A stretch of 64,000 nt of DNA from Candidatus Bipolaricaulota bacterium (GCA_023132915.1 JAGLXM010000075.1:1165-65164), one strand, 5' to 3'. Numbered from the stretch's first letter, positions 7,907 through 18,048 are shown. Numbers and translations are program-made. The notes: a model not told the origin generated them from the letters alone.

Positions 7907-8905
7907 GTGAGGAAAATCCTAGTTACGGGCGGGGCTGGATACGTAGGCTGCGTTCTTGTGCCTAAACTCTTAGATGCCGGCTATTCCGTCGTGGTCTATG
8001 ATCTCATGCTCTTCGGGTCCGAGGGGCTTCCTTCGCATCCAAATCTCCAGGTTGTCAAGGGAGATGTGAGAGATGCCGCAAGTTTTTCTACAGCGGTGGC
8101 GGGGGTTGACAGCGTGATCCACCTCGCTTCCATCTCCAACGATCCCAGCTTTGAGCTGGATCCCGCTCTCAGCAAGGCTATTAACTACGACTGCTTCGAG
8201 CCCATGATCCTGGCTTGTAAATCTGCTGGCGTAAGGCGGTTTATCTACGCTTCGACCAGCTCGGTGTATGGGGTCAGCAATGCGCCCGAGGTCACCGAAG
8301 AGCACCCGCTGGTTCCGCTTACGGACTACAATAAGTACAAAGGTCTATCTGAGCCGATCTTGCTGCGACACCAGGCGTCCGATTTCACTACAGTGATTAT
8401 CCGGCCAGCTACAATCTGCGGCTATTCTCCGCGGATGCGTTTCGATCTCAGTGTGAACATTTTGACGAACCATGCTGTCAACAAGCGGGGGATAACAGTC
8501 TTTGGAGGAAGTCAGAAGCGCCCCAACATTCACGTTGATGACATCACCGAGCTGTACGTTCAGTTGCTTGATTTCCCAGACGAGATGATTGCAGGTGAGA
8601 TATTCAATGCAGGCTATCAGAACAATACGATAGCCGAACTGGCGGAGATGGTGCGCACTGTTGTGGAGCAGGAAATGCCGGAAAAAGCGCCAATATCGAT
8701 CGAGACCACGCCAAGTAACGACCCTCGCTCATATCATGTGACCTCCAAAAAGATCGCGGAGAAGCTTAGTTATGTGCCCAAGAGAACAGTCGAAGATGCT
8801 GTAAGAGACATATGTAACGCGTTCAAGGCGGGTAAGCTACTGAACAGCCTTGAAGACGATCGGTACGTGAATGTGAAGACGATAAAGAAGATCGGTCTGA
8901 AATGA
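7907..8905 (+). CDS. NAD-dependent epimerase/dehydratase (extended SDR)
   Basis: 332 aa. [11 protein letters not shown] Rossmann motif, YxxxK as YNKYK. GTG start. Confidence 0.8.
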   Translation: MRKILVTGGAGYVGCVLVPKLLDAGYSVVVYDLMLFGSEGLPSHPNLQVVKGDVRDAASFSTAVAGVDSVIHLASISNDPSFELDPALSKAINYDCFEPMILACKSAGVRRFIYASTSSVYGVSNAPEVTEEHPLVPLTDYNKYKGLSEPILLRHQASDFTTVIIRPATICGYSPRMRFDLSVNILTNHAVNKRGITVFGGSQKRPNIHVDDITELYVQLLDFPDEMIAGEIFNAGYQNNTIAELAEMVRTVVEQEMPEKAPISIETTPSNDPRSYHVTSKKIAEKLSYVPKRTVEDAVRDICNAFKAGKLLNSLEDDRYVNVKTIKKIGLK

Positions 8906-9921
8906 GCCAGGACAAGACTGCTGTAGTGACCGGTGCAGCCGGATTCATCGGCAGCCACATGGTGGATTTGCTTCTCGATCATGGTTACAAGGTGCGCGCC
9001 GTTGATAATCTCTCGACTGGGCGTTTGGAGAATCTTGAGCACTGCAAATCTGATCCCAATCTGATCTTCGAAGCCCGAGATCTGAGAGACATGCGTCCCG
9101 ATGCCCCCCTGTTTCGAGGGGCAGATTATGTCTTCCATTTTGCTGGTATCGGAGACATTGTCCCCTCCATCGAGCAACCTACAGATTATCTTTCTGCCAA
9201 CGTCATGGGTACTGTCCATGCTCTTGAAGCCGCACGGCACGCAGGCGTCCGAAAGTTCATTTACGCAGCGTCCTCCTCATGCTATGGATTGGCAATCGAG
9301 CTCCCGACGACCGAACAGGCCGAAATCAGCCCTCAATATCCCTATGCCCTTAGCAAACACCTGGGTGAACAAGCTGTCAGACACTGGGGAAAAGTTTATC
9401 GTCTGCCAGTGATTTCTATTCGTATCTTCAACGCATACGGGCTACGATCCCGTACGACGGGAGCCTATGGCGCAGTATTTGGTGTGTTTTTCGCGCAGAA
9501 GCTAGCCGGGAAACCGTTTACCGTGGTCGGTGATGGTACCCAAAGACGCGACTTCGTTTTTGTAACTGATGTCGCTCGGGCGTTCCTGCTGGCGGCGGAG
9601 TCCGGCCGGACGAATGAAATTTACAACCTCGGCGCCGGCAATCCCCAGCCCGTAAACCGTCTGGTTGAACTGCTGGGCGGAGAGGTGGTGCATATATCGA
9701 AACGTCCAGGTGAGCCTGATTGCACCTGGGCGGATATTTCGAAAATTCGCAGTGAGCTAGGGTGGGAACCATGCGTTTCATTCGAAGAGGGCGTGGCCAT
9801 CATGCTCCGCAACATCGAATACTGGCGTAACGCCCCCGTGTGGGATCCCGTGTCCATCCAGGCTGCCACGGAGAACTGGTTTGCCTTACTCTCGGAGGAG
9901 AGAGATGGCAGTAACGACTGA
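8902..9921 (+). CDS. NAD-dependent epimerase/dehydratase (extended SDR)
   Basis: 339 aa. VVTGAAGFIGSH and YALSK (YxxxK). 4-nt overlap with the upstream gene. Confidence 0.8.
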   Translation: MSQDKTAVVTGAAGFIGSHMVDLLLDHGYKVRAVDNLSTGRLENLEHCKSDPNLIFEARDLRDMRPDAPLFRGADYVFHFAGIGDIVPSIEQPTDYLSANVMGTVHALEAARHAGVRKFIYAASSSCYGLAIELPTTEQAEISPQYPYALSKHLGEQAVRHWGKVYRLPVISIRIFNAYGLRSRTTGAYGAVFGVFFAQKLAGKPFTVVGDGTQRRDFVFVTDVARAFLLAAESGRTNEIYNLGAGNPQPVNRLVELLGGEVVHISKRPGEPDCTWADISKIRSELGWEPCVSFEEGVAIMLRNIEYWRNAPVWDPVSIQAATENWFALLSEERDGSND

Positions 9922-11461
9922 ACAAAACGACTATCGCCGCAAGATAAAGACTCGAGAAGACCTCCTCCAGATCATCGGTCCTCGGCCGCGCAAGCAATCG
10001 GTGATCATGTGTCATGGGACGTTCGATCTCGTCCATCCGGGGCACGTGCGGCACTTGATGTACGCTAAAAGCAAAGCGGGTATTTTGATCGCCAGCCTGA
10101 CCTGCGATGCTTACGTCAGTAAAGCCGATTATCGCCCGTTTGTTCCTCAGCGACTTAGGGCCATGAACCTCGCTGCGCTTGAGGTTGTTGATTACGTCAT
10201 CATTGATGAGAATCCTACTCCGGTCGAGAACATCAAGTTCTTGCAGCCGGACTACTTTGCAAAAGGCTACGAATATTTTGATGGTGGGATTCCCCCCAGA
10301 ACGCGTGAGGAGATAGAAGCCCTGAATAGCTACGGAGGGGAGATAATCTTCACCCCAGGGGATGTTGTTTACTCGTCAGCGGTATTTATCGAGCAAGCGC
10401 CTCCGAATATTTCAATCGAAAAGTTGGTTGCGCTGATGGAATCGGAGGACGTGACCTTCGATGCGTTAAAAGCAACACTGAATTCATTTAACGGCATCCG
10501 CGTGCACGTGCTTGGGGATACCATTGTTGATTCTTATATTTACTGTACCTTGATTAGCAGTGGGACGGCCAAGACGCCCACCTTAAGCGTTAGCCATGAG
10601 AGGCAAGCTGATTTTGCCGGTGGCGCTGCTGTGGTCGCAAAACATCTCCGTCAGGCTGGTGCTATGGTAAAGTTTTCAACCGTGCTTGGCAATGACCCGT
10701 TGAGAGACTTTATTCTGCAGGAGATGGCGGCAGACGGCATTGATTGCGAGCCTTCAATTGACTCTGCCCGTGTTACTACGCAAAAAAACGCATTCATTGC
10801 TAATGGTTATCGCCTACTTCAGATGGATAAGGTAGACAACCGCCCCATATCCGATAAAACGCTGGAGCGGTTCAAGGCGTCTCTATCGTCCAGTCATGTT
10901 GAGGCCTTTGTCTTCAGTGACTTCCGACATGGCATCTTCAGCCGTAGGACAATCCCTCAGCTCACGGCGAGCCTGCCTTCAGGCTCGCTGCGGGTGGCTG
11001 ATAGTCAGGTGGCGAGCCGCTGGGGTAATATCCTGGACTTCCAAGGCTTCGACCTGATTACCCCTAATGAGCGAGAGGCGAGATTTGCCATGGGTGACCA
11101 GGATTCTGTCATAAGGCCCCTGTCGCTGGAGCTTTACAAAAGGGCACAGTGCAAGACGTTGATCTTGAAACATGGGAAGCGAGGTATCATCACCTACCGT
11201 ACGCCTAGTCTCGATGACTTCAGAGCATTTTTTGTCATCGATAGCTTTGCTGAAAACGTTGTTGACCCGGTTGGCGCCGGAGATGCGCTTCTGGCCTACG
11301 CGACGCTGTCTCTGGTTGCGACGAAATCCCCGGTCATTGCCTCAATACTCGGATCTATGGCTGCCGCCGTGGCTTGCGAACACGAGGGCAATAACCCAGT
11401 TACCCCTGATGACGTGCTCAAAAAGCTAAATGCTGTGGAGAAACGAGCACAGTACGTATGA
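9905..11461 (+). CDS. Bifunctional heptose-1-P nucleotidyltransferase / sugar kinase (HldE/RfaE-like with reversed domain order)
   Basis: N-terminal CHGTFDLVHPGHVRHL (cytidylyltransferase HxGH). C-terminal PfkB kinase with DPVGAGDALLA. The track ORF starts at 9881; ATG 9905 is more likely. Confidence 0.75.
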   Translation: MAVTTEQNDYRRKIKTREDLLQIIGPRPRKQSVIMCHGTFDLVHPGHVRHLMYAKSKAGILIASLTCDAYVSKADYRPFVPQRLRAMNLAALEVVDYVIIDENPTPVENIKFLQPDYFAKGYEYFDGGIPPRTREEIEALNSYGGEIIFTPGDVVYSSAVFIEQAPPNISIEKLVALMESEDVTFDALKATLNSFNGIRVHVLGDTIVDSYIYCTLISSGTAKTPTLSVSHERQADFAGGAAVVAKHLRQAGAMVKFSTVLGNDPLRDFILQEMAADGIDCEPSIDSARVTTQKNAFIANGYRLLQMDKVDNRPISDKTLERFKASLSSSHVEAFVFSDFRHGIFSRRTIPQLTASLPSGSLRVADSQVASRWGNILDFQGFDLITPNEREARFAMGDQDSVIRPLSLELYKRAQCKTLILKHGKRGIITYRTPSLDDFRAFFVIDSFAENVVDPVGAGDALLAYATLSLVATKSPVIASILGSMAAAVACEHEGNNPVTPDDVLKKLNAVEKRAQYV

Positions 11462-12378
11462 GAACAGTGATTGTTGGCTTGGGAATCCAAGGCAATAAGC
11501 GGATGGCTATCGCGGGTGAGGATGTTGTCGCGACTGTGGATCCAATCGTATCGAAAGCCCAGTACAGAACCATCGATCAAGTTCCTCTCGAATCTTTTGA
11601 CGCTGCTCTCGTCTGTACGCCGGATCAAGCCAAGCTTGACACTCTAAGGTATCTTCTCTCACATGGTAAGCAGGTTCTCGTCGAAAAGCCGCTGCTGAGC
11701 GCTGACAGAACGCAGCTTTGCCAGCTTGATGAGATTGCTCGATCTGCTGGGGTTGCCTGTTACACTGCTTACAATCACAGATTCGAGCCACATATCATGC
11801 GCCTTAAGGGATTGCTGGATAAACGGAGCCTGGGGAACATCTACCTAGCCAAGTTCTTCTACGGCAATGGGACGGCACTCGACGTCAAGCGCTCTCCCTG
11901 GCGCGATCAAGGGCTTGGTGTGGTGCCCGATTTAGGGTCACACCTGTTGGACATGGCGCTCTTCTTATTTGGACAAACGGGCAAGTTCGAGCCTTGGAAT
12001 TACAATCGCTTCGAGAACAACGCTTTTGACCATTTCCTGTTTGGATCCTCTGGCAGGCCTGTGCTAGAACTTGAAATGACCTTCCTGTCATGGCGGAACA
12101 CCTTCACTGCTGATGTTTTCGGCGAATTGGGCAGTGCACACATCAACTGCCTCTGCAAGTGGGGTCCGAGCACATTCACTGTTCGCAAGAGGGTCTTCCC
12201 AAGTGGAAAGCCTGACAAGGATATGCAAACTATCGAATGTGCTGACCCAACCTGGGCGACAGAATATCAGTACTTCAAGGACTTGTGTCGGACTGGTGGC
12301 ACCAATATCGAAAATGATATCTGGATACAGTCGGTACTAAGTGATATCGCACAAGCTGTCGGAGAGGAATTGATCTGA
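11458..12378 (+). CDS. Gfo/Idh/MocA-family oxidoreductase
   Basis: 306 aa. N-terminal VIVGLGIQG Rossmann motif, EKP motif (VLVEKPL), AYNHRF. Confidence 0.65.
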   Translation: MRTVIVGLGIQGNKRMAIAGEDVVATVDPIVSKAQYRTIDQVPLESFDAALVCTPDQAKLDTLRYLLSHGKQVLVEKPLLSADRTQLCQLDEIARSAGVACYTAYNHRFEPHIMRLKGLLDKRSLGNIYLAKFFYGNGTALDVKRSPWRDQGLGVVPDLGSHLLDMALFLFGQTGKFEPWNYNRFENNAFDHFLFGSSGRPVLELEMTFLSWRNTFTADVFGELGSAHINCLCKWGPSTFTVRKRVFPSGKPDKDMQTIECADPTWATEYQYFKDLCRTGGTNIENDIWIQSVLSDIAQAVGEELI

Positions 12379-13664
12379 TGATTGGCTTTGCTGGGCTTTC
12401 TCACCTGGGTATCGTGTCGAGCATAGCTGCTGCTTCAAAGGGCTGTGAAATAGTCGCCCATGATCCCGATCCAGCGCTTTGCGACAGGCTTAGTAACGGA
12501 CACCTGCCGATCTTGGAGCCAGATCTGCCCGATCTCTTGGCAGCCAACCGTTCGCGCATCCGATTCACCTCCGATGCTACTGCACTGAGCAAATGCGAAC
12601 TGATTGTTTTCTCTGTGGACGTAGCCACTGATAAGGACAACTACAGTGATCTTTCGCCTCTTCAGCAGTTGATCGACAAGGTTGTTGCTCACGTGTCGCC
12701 GGGTACCGTGCTGGTCGTTCTGAGCCAGGTGCCGCCCGGGTTTACCCGTAAGCAGGCCGACAAGCTCAAACGTCTCCACGATGACCATGGTGTTCAATTA
12801 TTTTGCCAGGTGGAAACACTGATCTTTGGCTGTGCCGTTGAACGCGCCTTACATCCCGAACGTTTTATAATCGGATGCTCAAATCCTGAGCTGCCGATAC
12901 CTCCTCCGTTGAATACTTATCTGAAATCATTTGGTTGTCCAATTTTACCCATGCGCTATGAGACTGCGGAACTTGCAAAGATATCGATCAACATGTGTTT
13001 AGTAGCATCAATCAGCGTGGCAAACACTCTGGCTGAAATTTGTGAAAAAATTGGCGCCGACTGGTCCGAGATCGTGCCTGCGCTTCGCCTTGACAAACGC
13101 ATCGGTCAATATGCCTATCTGAATCCCGGTCTTGGGATTTCAGGCGGCAATTTGGAACGTGACCTTGCTACGGTGTTGCGCTACGCGGAGAAATACAAAA
13201 CGGATGGGGGTGTGGTCGCATCATGGATAAAAAATTCCCACCATCGCAAAGAGTGGGCATGGGCTACCTTCAAAAACCTTGGACTTGATAAAAATCCGGC
13301 TGAGAGGATAGCCGTGTTGGGTCTTACTTATAAGGAAAATACACATTCCCTCAAAAACTCTCCCTCACTGGTTTTTTTGTCGCATTTAACTGATCGTGAG
13401 GTAGTGGCCTTCGACCCGGTAGCGGTATCTGATGCCACAGGTCCTAAAGTTCTTCGTACAAGTACTGCACTCGAGGCTATTAAGGGGGTCGATGTTTTGG
13501 CTATCATGACCCCCTGGCCGGAGTTTTGCTTGATTACCCCAGAAATTCTTGTGCAAAACATGATTGGCCGCACGGTGATTGATCCTTATCGGATGCTGGA
13601 TGGCATGGCGCTAAAGGCTCAAGGTTTCATTTACGCGACGCTGGGAGCGCCGGTTAGGGAATAA
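12378..13664 (+). CDS. Nucleotide-sugar dehydrogenase (UDP-glucose/GDP-mannose dehydrogenase family)
   Basis: 428 aa. N-terminal GFAGLSHLG and a C-terminal ..LGLTYKENTHSLKNSP.. UDPG_MGDP_dh_C-like segment. Confidence 0.8.
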   Translation: MIGFAGLSHLGIVSSIAAASKGCEIVAHDPDPALCDRLSNGHLPILEPDLPDLLAANRSRIRFTSDATALSKCELIVFSVDVATDKDNYSDLSPLQQLIDKVVAHVSPGTVLVVLSQVPPGFTRKQADKLKRLHDDHGVQLFCQVETLIFGCAVERALHPERFIIGCSNPELPIPPPLNTYLKSFGCPILPMRYETAELAKISINMCLVASISVANTLAEICEKIGADWSEIVPALRLDKRIGQYAYLNPGLGISGGNLERDLATVLRYAEKYKTDGGVVASWIKNSHHRKEWAWATFKNLGLDKNPAERIAVLGLTYKENTHSLKNSPSLVFLSHLTDREVVAFDPVAVSDATGPKVLRTSTALEAIKGVDVLAIMTPWPEFCLITPEILVQNMIGRTVIDPYRMLDGMALKAQGFIYATLGAPVRE

Positions 13665-13667
13665 TGT

Positions 13668-14567
13668 ATGTTAACACATCTTAACATCGAACCTGTTTTA
13701 CCTACCCGTGTTGTCATTCTGGGTGCAGGCGGTTTTGTCTCTTCTGCCGCACAGCGCAGGCTTGAAGCACAGAATGTACCGGTACTGGCGCTGACGCAGG
13801 CAATGTTAGACTTAACACATAAGGATGCTGGTGCACTATTGGCAAACCTGTTGCGCACGGACGATGCGCTCCTATTCGTAGCCGCTAAAGCCCCGGTCAA
13901 GTCCGAGGCGATGCTAATCGAAAACCTGCGCATGGGTGAGGCAGTGTGTGAGGCGCTGAAGAATGCCCCTGTCAACCATGTGGTGTATATCAGTTCCGAT
14001 GCTGTTTACGCCGACAGTGATACACCGCTTACCGAGCGTTCCTGCGCCCAGCCTGGCTCTCTGCATGGGGTGATGCACCTCGCTCGGGAAGTGATGCTCG
14101 CCAACGCCTGGCAGGGAGCGCTTTGCTTTTTACGGCCAACATTGATCTATGGGGAGGATGATCCACATAATGGCTATGGACCTAATCGTTTCTTAAGGCT
14201 CGCTGCGAAGGGTGAAGAAATTGTACTCTTCGGAGAGGGCGAAGAACGCCGCGATCATTTGTGGGTGGAGGATGTTGCAGAGATTGTGAGCCGGGTGCTG
14301 TTGCACCGAAGTACAGGTATTCTCAATATAGCCACTGGAGAGGTAGTATCGTTCCGCGATATCGCGGAGCAGGTAGCGCGGTTATCAGCCCGTCCGCCGA
14401 AGATCAAAGGCACTCCCCGCGTTGGACCGATGCCTCACAACGGCTATCGAGCATTTAACATTGCTTCCTTATATTCGGCATTTCCAGATTTTCAATGCTT
14501 ACCTCTATCTGAAGGGCTGAAGCTTTGCTATAACGGTTTAAATGCAATGACTAAAAAGGATAATTAA
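13668..14567 (+). CDS. NAD-dependent epimerase/dehydratase-family protein
   Basis: 299 aa. VVILGAGGFVSS and ..YISSDAVYAD.. ; nucleotide-sugar context. Confidence 0.7.
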   Translation: MLTHLNIEPVLPTRVVILGAGGFVSSAAQRRLEAQNVPVLALTQAMLDLTHKDAGALLANLLRTDDALLFVAAKAPVKSEAMLIENLRMGEAVCEALKNAPVNHVVYISSDAVYADSDTPLTERSCAQPGSLHGVMHLAREVMLANAWQGALCFLRPTLIYGEDDPHNGYGPNRFLRLAAKGEEIVLFGEGEERRDHLWVEDVAEIVSRVLLHRSTGILNIATGEVVSFRDIAEQVARLSARPPKIKGTPRVGPMPHNGYRAFNIASLYSAFPDFQCLPLSEGLKLCYNGLNAMTKKDN

Positions 14568-14570
14568 ACC

Positions 14571-15788
14571 ATGACACCCTTTGACAAAAGTGATCCCACA
14601 CAATTCTTTGCTCATCATATCGGAGGACGGGCGGGTAGTGTAGCATTTCCGGACTTGCCAAAATTCAGGGAGGAAATCGTAAACGTAATCTATGATGCCG
14701 ACGATAGTTGTCTTGCTCAAATCGAAGATATATGGTACGCAAAAAACGTATTGGTTTTACCCTATTGCTTATCGAACAAATGCGGGCCGGCAAAATTTAA
14801 CATAAATTATGATCCGTACGGAAGTTCGTTATTTCCGATGAACCCGAGTTTTGGTAACTTTTATATTAAAGGACAGGATGGGTACTCTGATTGTCTTATG
14901 GCAGGTGCGCTAAAAACTGAAAAAATTATCGACGTGGAGACCCATACGCTTGATTCTCTTGTTGAAACGAATGTAATACCTCCGCCTGATTTTTTATCGA
15001 TTGACACACAGGGTGCTGAGCTCCTTATTCTTGAAGGCGCGTTGCATTGTTTAAATCAAAATATTGTTGCCGTTGAAGTTGAGATTAATCTTGCATCGCT
15101 CTATGAAGGGGCCCCGCTATTCGGTCAGTTAGATGAGTTTCTGAGGAAACACAACTTTTTATTAGTTAATATAGAGACTATTGACATCGGGTACAAAAGA
15201 ATTCCAGAGTCATGCCGGGGAGCAGGAATCCCTTTACAAGGAGAAGCACTTTATCTCCTTCGACCGGATTCTGTTAAAGGATCAGATAATATTGAGCTTA
15301 CCAGGAAATTAGAAAAGTTGGCTTTTGCGGCATTAGCTTTCGGGTACACAGAAGTCGCTTTTGATGCCCTTGAAAGATCTGTTAATTTGGCTCCTGATGC
15401 GCCAAAGCCGCAATTGTATCAAAAATTCTTGTACAAATTTTTCGAAGAAGTAAAACAGCGCACTGATATTCCCTTGCTTTGGCATGAAATCTATTCTTTT
15501 GAAGAGAGCAATAATCGATTTGCCGGCGTAGGGGGGGGGGTATCAACAAAACAGAGGTACCTAAAATTGCTCAGGGATCAACCTTTAAAGTATTCCCTGA
15601 TAATAACGGGAAAAATTTTGCGGAAAATATATCATGCGGTGATATCTATGATTCGAAAATCTCTTTCGATATTCAGGATCAAGGTGTCAGTGCTTCCCAA
15701 AAGAACCCGGTTCGACTCCTTTCTGATCAAGAATGGTTTTCACATAGCAGTTCAGCGTATCCATGAAAGAAAACAGAGGGGACTATAA
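14571..15788 (+). CDS. FkbM-family methyltransferase (paralog of 4567..5781), contains a G10 tract
   Basis: ..HHIGGRAGS.., ..PDFLSIDTQGAELLILEGA..VAVEVEI.. . First gene of the visibly AT-richer block. Confidence 0.8.
   Translation: MTPFDKSDPTQFFAHHIGGRAGSVAFPDLPKFREEIVNVIYDADDSCLAQIEDIWYAKNVLVLPYCLSNKCGPAKFNINYDPYGSSLFPMNPSFGNFYIKGQDGYSDCLMAGALKTEKIIDVETHTLDSLVETNVIPPPDFLSIDTQGAELLILEGALHCLNQNIVAVEVEINLASLYEGAPLFGQLDEFLRKHNFLLVNIETIDIGYKRIPESCRGAGIPLQGEALYLLRPDSVKGSDNIELTRKLEKLAFAALAFGYTEVAFDALERSVNLAPDAPKPQLYQKFLYKFFEEVKQRTDIPLLWHEIYSFEESNNRFAGVGGGVSTKQRYLKLLRDQPLKYSLIITGKILRKIYHAVISMIRKSLSIFRIKVSVLPKRTRFDSFLIKNGFHIAVQRIHERKQRGL
15531..15540 (+). repeat. Homopolymeric G10 tract inside the FkbM CDS
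   Basis: gta gggggggggg ta, encoding VGGGV, within otherwise AT-rich sequence. Confidence 0.95.
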
Positions 15789-15800
15789 TTCAGAAATGAA

Positions 15801-16364
15801 TACAGTTATATAAATCCTGGTCTTGGTATATCGGGTGGCAACCTTGAAAGAGATCTTGCTACGGTGTTATGCCTTTCAGAGTCCCATGGGACAGATGCCA
15901 GCCCAGTATCTGTTTGGCTGCGCAACAGTCGCCATCGTAAGAACTGGCCCTTCAAAACCCTGGAGCGGATGGTTTTAAAGGGAAATCCTGAAGCATCAAT
16001 AGCGGTTCTTGGTCTGGCCTATAAGGAAAACACCCATAGTACGAAGAATTCTCCAGCACTCGTATTGATCGAGCAACTGTCTGCTTGCAAAGTAACGGTC
16101 TATGATCCCATTGTTCCTGCAACGGTTGTGGGGGATCATGTGATCGGGGCGGCTTCGGCCCTTGATGCTGTAAATGGTGCAGAAGCCCTGGTGATCATCA
16201 CGCCGTGGCCTGAGTTTAAAAAAATTAGGCCGACAGACATAAAGAGCAGGATGAAAGGGCGCGTTGTTATTGACCCTCACCGGATGCTTGATGCTGGGGA
16301 GGTAGAGGCAGCCGGCCTTGATTATGCTACCCTCGGTATGCCGCCGGTAACTGCCAAACGCTGA
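15801..16364 (+). pseudogene. 3' fragment (about the last 185 codons) of a nucleotide-sugar dehydrogenase, paralog of 12378..13664
   Basis: YSYINPGLGISGGNLERDLATVL..NSRHRKNWPF..AVLGLAYKENTHSTKNSPAL.. parallels YAYLNPGLGISGGNLERDLATVL..NSHHRKEWAW..AVLGLTYKENTHSLKNSPSL.. . Homology starts right after the FkbM stop and the N-terminal ~250 aa are absent. Confidence 0.8.
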
Positions 16365-16484
16365 TTTTAAATGGCTTTTAGCCATCGAAAGTGGTCAAAT
16401 GGTCGTGAAAGGCGGGCCTTCAATGTACTCTCCCCAGGCCACCCCTTTCAGGGAGCAGTTCAGGAAGATCGAAAAACAGTGAAG

Positions 16485-17360
16485 ATGATGTGTGATTCAA
16501 ATTATAAGATTGTAATAACGGGCGGTGGATCAGGGATCGGTGCAGCCTTGGCATTAGACCTGGATTCAGAGGGTCACTCTGTTATTATCTGTGGTCGACG
16601 GGTCGAAAAGCTGAAAGGAATCTCAAATAAGAGTAAAAACATCGCCTTTTTTAAGTGCGATGTGTCAAATGAAAAAAATGTTATTGCCTTCAAACAGTTT
16701 GTGGGTGAAAAACATGACTATATAGATGTATTAATCAATTGTGCGGGACTTTTCGGTGCCATTGGGCGTTTTGATCAACCCGATTCTAAACTTTGGAGGA
16801 AAACAATCGACATTAATCTCTTTGGCACTTATCTGGTCACAAAACATTTCTTGCACCTTCTCTTGAGATCCAACGTTAAAAAGATCATTAATCTTTCGGG
16901 GGGGGGTGCATTTGGCACCTTCCCGAATTTCAGTGCCTATGCCGTTTCCAAGGCAGCCGTTGTCCGCTTCTCAGAGAACATAGCTTGTGAACTTGCAGAC
17001 CTCGGCGTGCAGGTAAATTGTGTAGCACCGGGCTTTGTGGCCACAGAAATTCACGATGCGACCTTGAAGGCGGGTCTGACGAAAGCGGGGGCTGAACATT
17101 TCAAAGAAACCAAGACGAAACTGAAAGCAGGTGCGGTGCCCATGCAGATTCCTGTCAATTGTGTCAAATTTTTAATATCTCCGGAGTCGAATGGACTGAG
17201 TGGAAAGACAATCAGTGCCAGTTTTGATAAGTGGGGAACTAAAGAATTTAAAAAATCCATCAATGAGATGTCAAATTCAGAGCTGTATACATTGAGAAGG
17301 ATAAATCTTTCAAACTTAGACGCAAATGATGATTTGAGAAAAAAATTGATTGATTTATAA
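16485..17360 (+). CDS. Short-chain dehydrogenase/reductase (classical SDR), contains a G9 tract
   Basis: VITGGGSGIGAA, NCAG, YAVSK (YxxxK). The track ORF starts at 16371; ATG 16485 sits just before the Rossmann motif. Confidence 0.8.
   Translation: MMCDSNYKIVITGGGSGIGAALALDLDSEGHSVIICGRRVEKLKGISNKSKNIAFFKCDVSNEKNVIAFKQFVGEKHDYIDVLINCAGLFGAIGRFDQPDSKLWRKTIDINLFGTYLVTKHFLHLLLRSNVKKIINLSGGGAFGTFPNFSAYAVSKAAVVRFSENIACELADLGVQVNCVAPGFVATEIHDATLKAGLTKAGAEHFKETKTKLKAGAVPMQIPVNCVKFLISPESNGLSGKTISASFDKWGTKEFKKSINEMSNSELYTLRRINLSNLDANDDLRKKLIDL
16898..16906 (+). repeat. Homopolymeric G9 tract inside the SDR CDS
   Basis: tcg ggggggggt, encoding SGGG. Confidence 0.95.
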
Positions 17361-17467
17361 AAAGAGTGGAGAGAATAGAGTATGAGTAAGGAAGTCCGAA
17401 AAAAGCAAAAGGAATCATAGGAACAAACCACAAGCTAGAACTCGGTCCTTATTATGCTTATCAGGCA

Positions 17468-17977
17468 TTGTTCACCCCCCGTCATTTGCTGTTTACATTA
17501 TCCCGAAACAAATTTGCCGCTAGAATGTTGCCTCTTAACAAGGCGGTGAAGGTTCTTGAATTGGGATGTGGGGAGGATATTGGGACGGTGATGTTTACGG
17601 AAGGTGGTAACGAGGTAACAGGCGTGGATTTTGATGGAGAAGCAATAGATCATGCCAAGAGAACCTTGGAGAAAACAGGAATTCATTTTGTATGTGCTGA
17701 TTTTCTTGGCAAGACCTACGGTTCATTCGATGCCGTTATAAGTCTTGATGTCATTGAGCATATACCAAAGTCAAGAGAAGATAAATTTCTTCGAACTATC
17801 TCTATGAATCTAAAACCGGATGGCTTCTGCGTTGTTGGTACACCCAATGATACTGCTTCACAATATGCTTCGGAGGCCAAAAAAGCTGCTCACGTAAACT
17901 TATTCACTGCTGAAAAGCTGACAGCACTGATGAATAGATACTTTCGAAACGTTTTTCTGTTTGGCATGAATGATTAG
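17468..17977 (+). CDS. Class I SAM-dependent methyltransferase, probably disrupted (5' frameshift and premature TAG)
   Basis: VLELGCGEDIG motif I and DAVISLDVIEH. No ATG start (TTG in the track). ATG 17382 is in another frame across an A6 tract. The frame stays open past TAG 17975-17977 to TGA 18050-18052. Confidence 0.7.
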   Translation: MFTPRHLLFTLSRNKFAARMLPLNKAVKVLELGCGEDIGTVMFTEGGNEVTGVDFDGEAIDHAKRTLEKTGIHFVCADFLGKTYGSFDAVISLDVIEHIPKSREDKFLRTISMNLKPDGFCVVGTPNDTASQYASEAKKAAHVNLFTAEKLTALMNRYFRNVFLFGMND

Positions 17978-18048
17978 GTGGTGCATACAGGTTTTTATCC
18001 GATGGCTCACTATCTAATAGTACTTGGATGTGGAAAGGACCCTGGGGA

